NCBI GenBank assembly: GCA_963737265.1
Contig: CAVTRY010000021.1
Coordinates: forward strand, 64,001 to 128,000
Direction: 5' to 3'
Origin: an uncultured delta proteobacterium
GTDB lineage: Bacteria > Myxococcota_A > Polyangia > Fen-1088
Length of the DNA: 64,000 nt
Shown: in pieces, positions 30,154-38,699 of the stretch
Numbering within the stretch: position 1 is the first letter of the stretch
Layout: every line of letters starts with the position of its first letter
The notes under the pieces: model-generated
Seen by the model: the letters and a program-made list of their open reading frames with translations, nothing else
What the model was told of the DNA's origin: nothing
Databases searched by the model: none
Made by a program: the position numbers and the translations under genes

Positions 30154-31182
30154 CTTCAGGCTCGCCTCGACGGTCGAATCCATCCACGCGCTGCCCGCTT
30201 GCGAAATGTACAACGTCGACGCCGAGGAGTCGCTCTGGGAATAGACCTTGGTGCCATCAGAGGCGGGGCTGAAATTCTGAATCGGGCCCTGGCGCACGGT
30301 CCACGCTCCCGTGCCGTTCTCGAAGTTGTCGCAGAAGGCCCACGAGCCCACGCAGGGATTGGGGATTGTGGTGACGTTGGTAACCGTGGTCGTATTGGTC
30401 ACCGTGCTGGTCAAAACGCCGGTCTTGGTGCCCGTCGCCGTGGTGGTTTGCGTCTGCGTGGTCGAATTGGTATCGGTCTGAACCTGCGTGTAGGTTCCGG
30501 TACCGGTTGCAGTGTGGGAATTCGTGCCCGTGCCGGTATTGGTAACCGTGGTCGTGTTCGTCGTAGTGATGGTGTTGGTTATGGTTCGGGTCAGCGTGCT
30601 GGTCTTGATGGTGCCAGTGGCCGTGCTGGTGTGGGTGGCGGTTGCGGTTACCGTGCTGGTGGCGGTCGAGGAGCTGGTCCCGGTGCTGGTGGTGGAATTC
30701 GTCACGGTCACCGTGGGAACGACGGTATACGTTTGGGCCGTGGTCCCGCTCGCCGTGGCGGTGCCGCTGGCTGTGCCGGTCGTTGAGCCAGTCTGCGTGG
30801 CGGTTCCTGTCGCTGTCAGGGTCAGGTGCCCCGTAACCGTCGTCGTGCCCGTGAGCGTCCCGGTCAGAGTCCTGGTCCCCGTGCCGGTGCCAGTGCCAAG
30901 ATAGCTTCCGGTCCAGGTGGCGGTTCCCGTCGCGGTCTTCGTCCCCGACACCGCGCCGCTGCTGGTCTGGGTTCCAGTCTTGGTGCCGGTAAAGGTGAGC
31001 GTCAGCGTCCCGGTTGCCGTGTAACTCTTGCTGCCAGTTGCGGTCTGCGTCTTGGTCAGCGTGCTCGACCCGGTCGCGGTTTGGGTTGCGGTCGAGGTTG
31101 TGGTGTTGGTCACAGTCTTGGTGACCGTGTTGGTAACTGTGTTGGTGACCGTGGTCGTGGTGGTCAGGGTTTGCGTTCGCAC
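30154..31182 (-). pseudogene. N-terminal fragment of giant surface protein: about 270-aa Thr-x-Thr-rich region plus start of ConA/LamG-like domain
   Basis: Alternating-Thr sequence followed by FCDNFENG...TVEASLK, cut by IS21; GTG 31182 preceded by GGAGGA; no signal peptide. Confidence 0.7.
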
Positions 31183-31184
31183 AT

Positions 31185-31246
31185 GATTTCCTCCAGCGCG
31201 TCGCGTGGCAGCGTCGCGCTGATGGTGCGCGAATTTTGCCCGCGGG
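31185..31246. repeat. Second copy of the 63-bp repeat (homolog of the peptidase/TPR gene 3' end)
   Basis: Reads DFLQRVAWQ versus DLLQRIAWQ at 3843-3869. Confidence 0.85.
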
Positions 31247-31264
31247 ATGGTACAAACAGCGCGC

Positions 31265-32308
31265 ATGTTTGGACCCAAGTTTCTCCGAAATGAAGCAGTG
31301 ACACCGGCGCCGGCCGGAACGCGGCCACGCGTGGCGGCCTACGATCTCGGCTCCAATTCGTTTCACTTGTTGGTCGCCGAGGCCGATGGCGCGGGGGGCT
31401 TGGTGGAGCTTGCGCGCGGGCAAGAGATGGTGCGCTTGGGCGAGGAATCTCTGCGCGACGGCATCATCCCCTTTTCGACCTTCCAGCGCGGTCTCGACGG
31501 ACTGCTCAAGCTACGCAAGATCGCCGACGGCTTCATGCCCGAAAGCACCATCGCGGTGGCCACCAGCGCGATCCGCGAGGCGCGCAACGGCGCGGATTTC
31601 GTCAGCACCGTGGCGCGCGAAGTTGGCCTGCAGGTGGAAGTTCTCGACCCGGTCAGGGAAACCACGCTGATTTACTGGGGCGCGCGCCAGGCCCTCGATC
31701 TTGGCGCAAACAAGTTCGCGCTTGTCGACGTTGGTGGCGGCTCGATCAAGGCGCTGGTCGGCAATGCCAAGGAATGCCTGTTCGCGACCTCGCTACGCAT
31801 GGGGGTGCTGCGTCTGCGCGACGAGTACAACTGCAACAACATTCGCAGCCGCGCCGACCTGCTCACCGCCGAGACACGCGTGCGCGCCGCGGTTCAGCCC
31901 GCGGTGATGCAGATGTTGAAGGTCGGCTTCGATTTCGTCACCTTCACCTCGGGCACGGCGCTGGCGCTGGCCCGCATGGCCGAAGGCAGTAGCGAAAAAG
32001 TCGCCGAAGCGCGCGGGCGATCCGGCGAAGGCATGGGACGCAACCTCGTGCTGTCGCTCGACAAGCTGTGCGCCCTCGAGGAACGACTGGTGGTCGCCAG
32101 CGCCGTCGAGCGTGCCGCCATGCCGGGCGTGGGCTCGATGCGCGCTGACACCGTGCTTCCGGGCACCATCATGCTGCGCACCCTGCTCGAGCTGACCAAC
32201 AGCGCGAACGCGCTCGTGTGCGAGAGCGCGCTCAAGGAAGGTCTGGTGGTTGACTACTTCGTGCGCCGGCAAACCGGTCTGGCCGAAGAGCTGCCCGAGA
32301 CGGACTGA
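31265..32308 (+). CDS. Ppx/GppA family phosphatase
   Basis: DLGSNSFHL, ATSAIREARN, DVGGGS and LKEG motifs. Confidence 0.9.
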   Translation: MFGPKFLRNEAVTPAPAGTRPRVAAYDLGSNSFHLLVAEADGAGGLVELARGQEMVRLGEESLRDGIIPFSTFQRGLDGLLKLRKIADGFMPESTIAVATSAIREARNGADFVSTVAREVGLQVEVLDPVRETTLIYWGARQALDLGANKFALVDVGGGSIKALVGNAKECLFATSLRMGVLRLRDEYNCNNIRSRADLLTAETRVRAAVQPAVMQMLKVGFDFVTFTSGTALALARMAEGSSEKVAEARGRSGEGMGRNLVLSLDKLCALEERLVVASAVERAAMPGVGSMRADTVLPGTIMLRTLLELTNSANALVCESALKEGLVVDYFVRRQTGLAEELPETD

Positions 32309-33113
32309 TCCGTCGCACTGGCCGGCGTAGGCTCAGGAGCTGGATCACGTGGAATAGCGCCTTTCTGAAGTAGTTCTTGTTGTTCTCGGTCGGCTTGGCC
32401 GAGGAGGCTTCGAAGCCCAAGCGCGCGGCAATGCCTGCCATCAGCGCGTTGCCGGACGCGTGCAGAAGGCAGGGCTCGGTGCCCGTGGCGACGTTGAGCA
32501 CGCGGCCATTCCTGAATTCGAGATCCTTCAGGTCCGGCTGGCGCGTGATGAAGTTCTTGAACAGCAGGTTGTGAAAGATGTCGCAGCGCCAGTCGAGCTC
32601 CACCACCCGGCGGTCGTGAATATAGAGGCTGGTGAGAATCTCCTGATCCATGTCGGTCGGCCCCATGCCGAATTCGTGCTCCAGGCGGTCGATCAGCCGC
32701 TGCGCATACCCGGCGGTGGAGATCCAGGTGCCCGAATTCAGGTAGTCGTAGCCGGTTGGATTGCGCAGCATGGGCTTGCCCGAATAGTTGAATTCCCTGC
32801 CGTAGACCCGCCGCAAAAGCGGCCCCAGCTTGAGGGCGCCACACACAAATGGCGCCGAGCCGCGCCGGAATTTCGCCTCGATTTCGTCGATGCCGCAAAG
32901 AAAGACCACGTCGAACGGATCGACCGAGAGCACGACCTCGTCGTCGGGGAGATCCTTGATGTAGTCGCGCGTCTCCATCGTCTTCTGCCCGAATCCAACC
33001 CACTTTCGACCCCAGCCGAGCAGCACAGGGGCAATGCCATGGCGCTGACACGACGCCATGAACAGGTCGAAGTACGCCTGCTTGTTGGTTCCGTACGCGA
33101 TAACCGTGGCCAT
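32232..33113 (-). CDS. Glycosyltransferase resembling the PLOD/lysyl hydroxylase N-terminal GT domain
   Basis: LGWGRKWVGFGQK, VLSVDPFDV, YLNSG, DQE and HASG motifs; 3' end overlaps ppx by 77 bp, so the true end is uncertain. Confidence 0.65.
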   Translation of the reverse strand: MATVIAYGTNKQAYFDLFMASCQRHGIAPVLLGWGRKWVGFGQKTMETRDYIKDLPDDEVVLSVDPFDVVFLCGIDEIEAKFRRGSAPFVCGALKLGPLLRRVYGREFNYSGKPMLRNPTGYDYLNSGTWISTAGYAQRLIDRLEHEFGMGPTDMDQEILTSLYIHDRRVVELDWRCDIFHNLLFKNFITRQPDLKDLEFRNGRVLNVATGTEPCLLHASGNALMAGIAARLGFEASSAKPTENNKNYFRKALFHVIQLLSLRRPVRRISPSRAALRPDRFAGARSSQPPDLP

Positions 33114-33176
33114 GGAGGTCTACTTTGGATCTTGTCGGGGACGCGTCAAGCGGCAAGCTAGCCTAAAGCTGACGGG

Positions 33177-33204
33177 TTGACGGCGGAAAGGTGCGTGCTA
33201 GTAT
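33177..33204 (+). promoter_or_regulatory. Sigma70-type promoter of the leader-DAHP synthase unit
   Basis: TTGACG-N16-TAGTAT with extended -10 TG. Confidence 0.6.
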
Positions 33205-33218
33205 TGGACCACTCTCCG

Positions 33219-33293
33219 ATGCAACAGCACCCCGCGTTCCGTGGCTGCTTTGGCTACTCCTGGTGGCAACCAGGGCCGTGGGGACTCGCGTAA
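33219..33293 (+). CDS. Aromatic-amino-acid leader peptide MQQHPAFRGCFGYSWWQPGPWGLA
   Basis: 24-codon uORF with 2 Phe, 1 Tyr and 3 Trp (two in tandem), between the promoter and a terminator upstream of DAHP synthase. Confidence 0.85.
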   Translation: MQQHPAFRGCFGYSWWQPGPWGLA

Positions 33294-33317
33294 GCAACGA
33301 TTGCATCGAAGTCATCC

Positions 33318-33354
33318 AAGGCCCTGAGTAACCCTCGGGGCCTTTTTCGTTTTT
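33318..33354 (+). terminator. Attenuator (intrinsic terminator) upstream of DAHP synthase
   Basis: AAGGCCCTGAG-taacc-CTCGGGGCCTT followed by TTTCGTTTTT. Confidence 0.88.
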
Positions 33355-33371
33355 CGGAAAAGGAACCGCCC

Positions 33372-34457
33372 ATGTTGCAGACCAAGAACCTACGTATCGC
33401 CGAATTCGCGCCCCTCGTTACGCCCCACCAGCTCGAAGATGAGCTGGCCGCGTCCGACGAAATTCGGCGCATGGTGAATGCCAGCCGCGATGCCATCCAC
33501 ACCATGCTCCACGGCCAGGAAAACCACCGCTTGGTGGTGGTGGTGGGCCCGTGCTCGATTCACGATCCCGAGGCCGCAGTCGTCTACGCCGAGCGCCTGA
33601 AGAAGGTGGCGGACGCCACGCAAGACGACTTGTTTATCGTGATGCGCACCTACTTTGAAAAGCCACGCACCGTGGTTGGCTGGAAGGGGCTCATCAGCGA
33701 TCCGCACCTCGACGGGTCGTGCGACATTTCGGCTGGCCTGGCCCTGGCGCGCAAAACCCTGCTGCAAATCACCAAGCTCGGCCTACCCTGCGCAACGGAA
33801 TTTCTCGACACCGTGGTGCCACACTACTTGAGCGACATGGTCACCTGGGCCGCCATCGGCGCACGCACGACGGAAAGCCAGATCCACCGCCAGATGGCGA
33901 GCGGCCTGTCCATGCCGGTCGGATTCAAGAACAGCACCGACGGAGCGCTGCAGAACGCCATCAACGCCATGTTGTCGGCTCGGCACGAACACTCTTTTCT
34001 GGGCATCAACGCCGACGGAATCTCGTCGGTGGTCAAAACCACTGGAAATCTGGACGGCCACGTCGTCCTGCGCGGCGGCGCCTCGGGGACCAACTACCAT
34101 CCCGAGGACATCGCAGCCGCGGCGAACGCCGTGGCAAAAGAAGGCCTGGCACGCGGCGTGATGGTGGACTGTTCCCACGACAATTCCGGCAAGGACCACA
34201 CCAAGCAGGGCTCCGTGTTCACCGAAGTGGTGCGGAACTTCGCCGCCGGCCAGGAAGCCATCCTCGGGGTCATGATCGAAAGCAATCTGGTCGCCGGCAA
34301 GCAGACTTGGATGCAGGGCGTACCGCTGCAATACGGGGTGTCCATCACCGATAGCTGCATCGGGTGGGACGAGACCGAGCGCATGCTGCTGGAAGCGGCA
34401 TCGCTGTTGGCGAAGTCCAGACCGCGTCGCGCAACCAGGCAGGTCGCGGCCATGTGA
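33372..34457 (+). CDS. 3-deoxy-7-phosphoheptulonate (DAHP) synthase, class I-alpha
   Basis: GPCSIHD, YFEKPRT, IGARTTESQ, GFKN, DCSH and SITDSC motifs. Confidence 0.95.
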   Translation: MLQTKNLRIAEFAPLVTPHQLEDELAASDEIRRMVNASRDAIHTMLHGQENHRLVVVVGPCSIHDPEAAVVYAERLKKVADATQDDLFIVMRTYFEKPRTVVGWKGLISDPHLDGSCDISAGLALARKTLLQITKLGLPCATEFLDTVVPHYLSDMVTWAAIGARTTESQIHRQMASGLSMPVGFKNSTDGALQNAINAMLSARHEHSFLGINADGISSVVKTTGNLDGHVVLRGGASGTNYHPEDIAAAANAVAKEGLARGVMVDCSHDNSGKDHTKQGSVFTEVVRNFAAGQEAILGVMIESNLVAGKQTWMQGVPLQYGVSITDSCIGWDETERMLLEAASLLAKSRPRRATRQVAAM

Positions 34458-34540
34458 CCTACACGGCCGCCACACCGACGGTAGCGACGCCGACTAGATT
34501 CCTTTACTGGACTTCCGTCTCCGGGGTATCTAATAGAGAC

Positions 34541-35035
34541 ATGTTACAGAAAGCTGGCGCCCCGAAGCGCGCGTACCGCTCGATGATCGTGCGCCTCGCC
34601 CTCGCTGGCGGCCTCGCGTCGGTCGCCGTACTTTTGACTAGCGGCTGCGAAGACAAGACCCTCGGCCGATCCTGCGACGTCGGGGTGGATGCTGGTCCGA
34701 GCCAGGGTGCGTGGAATACCATGGCCACGGACTGCCCGAGCCAGATTTGCATCAAGCCGGAGGTGCAGGCAGGCGCGTCGACGAACACCGGCGCGTATTG
34801 TACCGCCCAGTGCTCATCGGACAACGACTGCAACGGTCAGACGCGCGACACGAGCAACCCCAACGACAAACGCTGCGCCGAAGGGTTTACCTGCGCCGTC
34901 GTTTTCGGGCAGGGGCCAGGGCAGATCTGCTGCCGGAAGCTTTGCCTGTGTCGGGACTTCATCGCGCCCACGGGTCCGGTTTCCCCCGCTGCCTGCCAGA
35001 ACACCAGCTCTGCCGCGTGCCCGTCGGAGAGCTAG
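34541..35035 (+). CDS. Cys-rich lipoprotein, possibly CglC-like gliding motility protein
   Basis: Lipobox LTSGC; dense Cys pattern C..DCPSQIC..YCTAQC..DC..CCRKLCLC. Confidence 0.55.
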   Translation: MLQKAGAPKRAYRSMIVRLALAGGLASVAVLLTSGCEDKTLGRSCDVGVDAGPSQGAWNTMATDCPSQICIKPEVQAGASTNTGAYCTAQCSSDNDCNGQTRDTSNPNDKRCAEGFTCAVVFGQGPGQICCRKLCLCRDFIAPTGPVSPAACQNTSSAACPSES

Positions 35036-35042
35036 AGCCAGG

Positions 35043-37127
35043 CTAGCCGAACCGCTTCTTACCGAAGGCGGGCTTGTGCGGGCCTTTCTTCGCTTTCCAG
35101 GGCGGCAAGGGATCATGCGGCCGAGATGTGCGGCGTGGGGCTTCCTGGCCGCCGAAATCAAGCGGTCGCGGCGTCCGGCGCGGGGCTTCGTGACCACCGA
35201 AATCCAGCGGTCGCGGCGGCATGCGGCGCGGGGCTTCGTGACCACCGAAATCCAGCGGTCGCGGCGTTCGGCGCGGGGCTTCGTGAGCACCAGGATCCGG
35301 TGGCCGCGGTGTACGGCGCGCAGCTTCGTGAGCGTCGGAATCCGGCGGTCGCGGCGCGCGGCGCGCGGCGGGGGATGGCGTAAAATCCCTCGGGCGCGCC
35401 GACCGGCGATCATCGCTCCGTCCCGCCACAGAACGCTCCGCACGCTCGACGACAACGTGGGGCGCGCGCGGGTCGGTCTGGGCTGCGGCGAAAGCGAAAT
35501 CCTTGGCCGCCTCGCCGGCGATCTCGAATTCGCTGTAGCGGGGTCCGACGCGAATGGCGCCGACCTCGCGCCGGGTGACGCCGCCGCGTCGGCAGATGAG
35601 GGGCAGGAGCCAGCCGGGTTCGGCGTGACTTTCGGCGCCCAGATTGACCCGGAAGACGACGGCGTCGCGCGAAAACTCGTCCCGGTCTGGCGCCGGGCCG
35701 ACAGGCCGAAAACGATCCTGCGACACCACTTTCAAATCGACCGGCTTGAGCTTTTCCCCCTTGGGAACGCGAGCCAACTCGCGACCTAGGAGCATGAGGA
35801 TCAGGGCGTCCTTTTTGATGTCCTTACCGAGCCGCTCGGCAGCGGAGAGCGCGGCCGGCGTGGGCGGAGCCGCGCCAGCAGCCTCTTCGACGATCGAAGC
35901 CTCCAGGCGGGCCAGCCCTTGTGCGGCGATCTCCGTCGCGCTCGGCGCCGCGGTCCACGTACACTTCACGCGCGCGTTCGCCAGCAAACGCTCGGCCTTG
36001 CGCCGCTCGGCGAGGTTGGCGATGACTACGCTCGTGCCCTTGCGACCGGCGCGTCCGGTGCGCCCGCTGCGATGGGTGAGCGCTTCGACATTGAGCGGAA
36101 GGTCCGCGTGCACGACCAAATCCACTTCGGGCAGGTCGAGCCCGCGCGCAGCGACGTTGGTGGCCACCAGCACCTGGGCCTCGCCGTCGCGCAGGGCCTG
36201 CAACGCCCGATTGCGGTCCGACTGCGCGCGATCGCCCGACAGCACGACGGCGCGAAAACCCTCGCGCACGATCGCCCGATGCAGATCCGCCACGCCGTCG
36301 CGGGTGGTGCCGAACACGATGGCGCGATCGTCGGCGTGTTGGCGAAGAACATTGATGACGGCCGGCATGCGATCGCCCATGGCAATCAGGTGGGCGACGT
36401 AACAAATGTCCTCATGCCCGCCCGCGCCCTGCTCGCCCAGCGTGCGCGCGTCCACACGAACGGCGTCCTTCTGATAGTGCGCGGCCAGCGCCAGAATGGG
36501 CCTGGGTAGCGTGGCGGAAAACATGTGGGTTCGCTTGCGCGCGGTCGCGGCTGCCAGCAAGGTTTCCAGATCCTCGCGAAAGCCCATGTCGAGCATCTCG
36601 TCGGCCTCGTCGAGCACCGCAGCCTCGACCGCCTCCAATTGCAACGCCCCACGCGTCAGCAGATCCACCAGGCGCCCCGGTGTCCCCACGACCAAATCGA
36701 CGCCAGCGTGCAGAATTTTGAGATCGCGCCGGATGTCGCTGCCCCCGGTGAACGCGGCAACACGTACCGGCGCGCGGGCAAACAGCCAGGTCAGCTCGGC
36801 GCAAACCTGATTGGCCAGCTCGCGGGTCGGCGCGATCACCAGGCCGGCCGTTGGCTTTGCTTTTCGCTGCGCGCGTGCGTGCTTGACCGTTTTGGCGTCG
36901 CCGCCCTCGCTGGGCGGTGCGGGTTCGTCGACTAGCAATAGGCGGGCGAGCAACGCCCCGAATGCGAGCGTCTTGCCCGACCCGGTCTGCGAAGAAACCA
37001 GCAGATCGCGGTCGCGATTGGTCTCCGCCATCACCGCAACTTGCACCGGCATCGCCTGTTCGTAGCCACGCGCGGCGATGGCTTCGGCCAACGCTGGGGA
37101 AAGCCCCAGCTCAGAAAACATTGTCAT
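35043..37127 (-). CDS. DEAD-box RNA helicase with DbpA-type C-terminal domain
   Basis: QTGSGKT, PTRELA, DEAD, SAT, ARGLD and HRSGRTGRAG motifs. Confidence 0.93.
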   Translation of the reverse strand: MTMFSELGLSPALAEAIAARGYEQAMPVQVAVMAETNRDRDLLVSSQTGSGKTLAFGALLARLLLVDEPAPPSEGGDAKTVKHARAQRKAKPTAGLVIAPTRELANQVCAELTWLFARAPVRVAAFTGGSDIRRDLKILHAGVDLVVGTPGRLVDLLTRGALQLEAVEAAVLDEADEMLDMGFREDLETLLAAATARKRTHMFSATLPRPILALAAHYQKDAVRVDARTLGEQGAGGHEDICYVAHLIAMGDRMPAVINVLRQHADDRAIVFGTTRDGVADLHRAIVREGFRAVVLSGDRAQSDRNRALQALRDGEAQVLVATNVAARGLDLPEVDLVVHADLPLNVEALTHRSGRTGRAGRKGTSVVIANLAERRKAERLLANARVKCTWTAAPSATEIAAQGLARLEASIVEEAAGAAPPTPAALSAAERLGKDIKKDALILMLLGRELARVPKGEKLKPVDLKVVSQDRFRPVGPAPDRDEFSRDAVVFRVNLGAESHAEPGWLLPLICRRGGVTRREVGAIRVGPRYSEFEIAGEAAKDFAFAAAQTDPRAPHVVVERAERSVAGRSDDRRSARPRDFTPSPAARRAPRPPDSDAHEAARRTPRPPDPGAHEAPRRTPRPLDFGGHEAPRRMPPRPLDFGGHEAPRRTPRPLDFGGQEAPRRTSRPHDPLPPWKAKKGPHKPAFGKKRFG
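35110..35370 (-). repeat. About 5-6 tandem 45-bp repeats encoding HEAPRRTPRPLDFGG
   Basis: Repeated CGGGGCTTCGTGACCACCGAAATCCAGCGGTCGCGGCG on the + strand. Confidence 0.85.
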
Positions 37128-37253
37128 GAAGCGGCTGCGTATACCACCTTACACGGCAAAACCTAGACGAATCGTGCGGCGCTCCCCCAGTCACTGCGAC
37201 GACGGAGCCCCGCGAAGGCTTGAAATCGCGGGGCAACCGGTGCCGGAGCCAAG

Positions 37254-37589
37254 CTACTTCTTGAGCGCGCGCGTGGCCTTGACGAGATCCTTGGCCTCGG
37301 CCGGCGTGATCTTGAAGGCTGGCATGGTGTTCTTGCCGTCAGCGCCCTTGACGCCTTCGAGAATGATCTTCTCCCACTGCGCGTCGGTGGACGCGGCCTG
37401 CACCTTGGCATCGGTCAGATCCTTGATGTTGTATTTCTTGCCCATCGACGTGGCGCCCTTGCCGTCCTTGCCGTGGCAAGCAGCGCACTTCTTGCCGAAC
37501 GTCTCGGCGCCATCGGCGCGGGCAGCGCCTGTCATCCCAACAACGAATAGAACTGCCATTAGCGACGAAAGAATTGTTTTCATGTTCAC
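37254..37589 (-). CDS. Class I cytochrome c (c6/c553-like)
   Basis: Signal peptide, CAACH, MPAF distal Met; AGGAGG RBS. Confidence 0.9.
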   Translation of the reverse strand: MNMKTILSSLMAVLFVVGMTGAARADGAETFGKKCAACHGKDGKGATSMGKKYNIKDLTDAKVQAASTDAQWEKIILEGVKGADGKNTMPAFKITPAEAKDLVKATRALKK

Positions 37590-37790
37590 GTTCCTCCTTG
37601 GGTTTGGGTCTTGGTTGCGAATGCACGCGTAATGACTCGCACCTTGGCGAGAGTCGTTTGTGGAAAGATGCGAGCTCCCTGCGGATCATGAAAGAGGAGC
37701 AAGCCCGTCTGACTTAGGGTTTGACTAACACAGGTCGCCCAATATTCAAAGGCGAAGGTGCGGCAGCGCGAAAAGGCTTGCCGCCAGCAG

Positions 37791-38624
37791 CTAGGCCAGG
37801 CGGCAGCGCGTCTTGATATCGGCTGTGACGCGGGCGATGCCGTCGTCGTCGATGCCCAGCAGCGAGCGGCCGACCATCACCAGCGCGTCGTTGTCGTCCG
37901 CCGGGACATCGCCGAGGTAGATGCCGAGTTGCTTGACGAGCGCGTTGGCGAAGTGAACCGCGTTGGTGATGGATTGGCGATTGGCCGCATCGTAGTCCGA
38001 GAACGCGAGAACCGCGCTCTGGACCTCCTCTGGAAATTGCCATTTCTTGGCCAAGTCGACCGCGATTTTTCTGTGGGTTCGGGCGACCACGCCAATCCAG
38101 GTATCGCCGTCGATCCACAGCTTGGGATTGCGCTGGACGATTTGCGCCTCGGCTTCGAGCAACATGGTCGCCACCACGGGCTTGCCAATATCGTGCAGTA
38201 GACCGGTCATAAAGCAGACATCAGGCTCTTCAACGCCGGCCAGTACCGCCACGCTTTGGGCTAGAATGGCGACCGCGCGCGCGTGGTCCCACAGCAGCCG
38301 CGTCGCCTCCACGGTCTTGGGATCGCGCGAATCCGTCACCCGGTGGGCCGAGGTTTCGGCCATGAGCGAGCGTATCTTCTGCACGCCCAGCTTGGTCACG
38401 GCCTGCTCGAAGGTCCGGCAGCCCCCGCCCGCCACTTGGCGCATGACCAGCGCGGCCAGAATGGGATCGATTTCGATGCTGGCGACCAGGTCGCGTACGG
38501 TGGCATCCGCTCGGCGAACCAAATCATTGGCCTTGGCGGCGATCGCAGGCAGGAGCGGCAGCGTCAGGCTATCCTGGGCGATGCGGTTCTCGAGAATGAT
38601 TTCTAGCTGCTCAGCCAGCTTCAT
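37791..38624 (-). CDS. HDOD-domain protein
   Basis: LPLLPAIA, DPILAA, GLLHDIGK, WQFPEE. Confidence 0.88.
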   Translation of the reverse strand: MKLAEQLEIILENRIAQDSLTLPLLPAIAAKANDLVRRADATVRDLVASIEIDPILAALVMRQVAGGGCRTFEQAVTKLGVQKIRSLMAETSAHRVTDSRDPKTVEATRLLWDHARAVAILAQSVAVLAGVEEPDVCFMTGLLHDIGKPVVATMLLEAEAQIVQRNPKLWIDGDTWIGVVARTHRKIAVDLAKKWQFPEEVQSAVLAFSDYDAANRQSITNAVHFANALVKQLGIYLGDVPADDNDALVMVGRSLLGIDDDGIARVTADIKTRCRLA

Positions 38625-38699
38625 TGGGGCCAGCCTTGGTGGGCATACTGACCCTTAATGCGTCAGTTTTGGCTGCGATCTTGAGGAGCCAGATATGCT

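Noticed and set aside
35110-35370. Regularly spaced repeats as a possible CRISPR array
   Set aside because: Units are contiguous, in frame inside the helicase and have no unique spacers; no cas genes in the window
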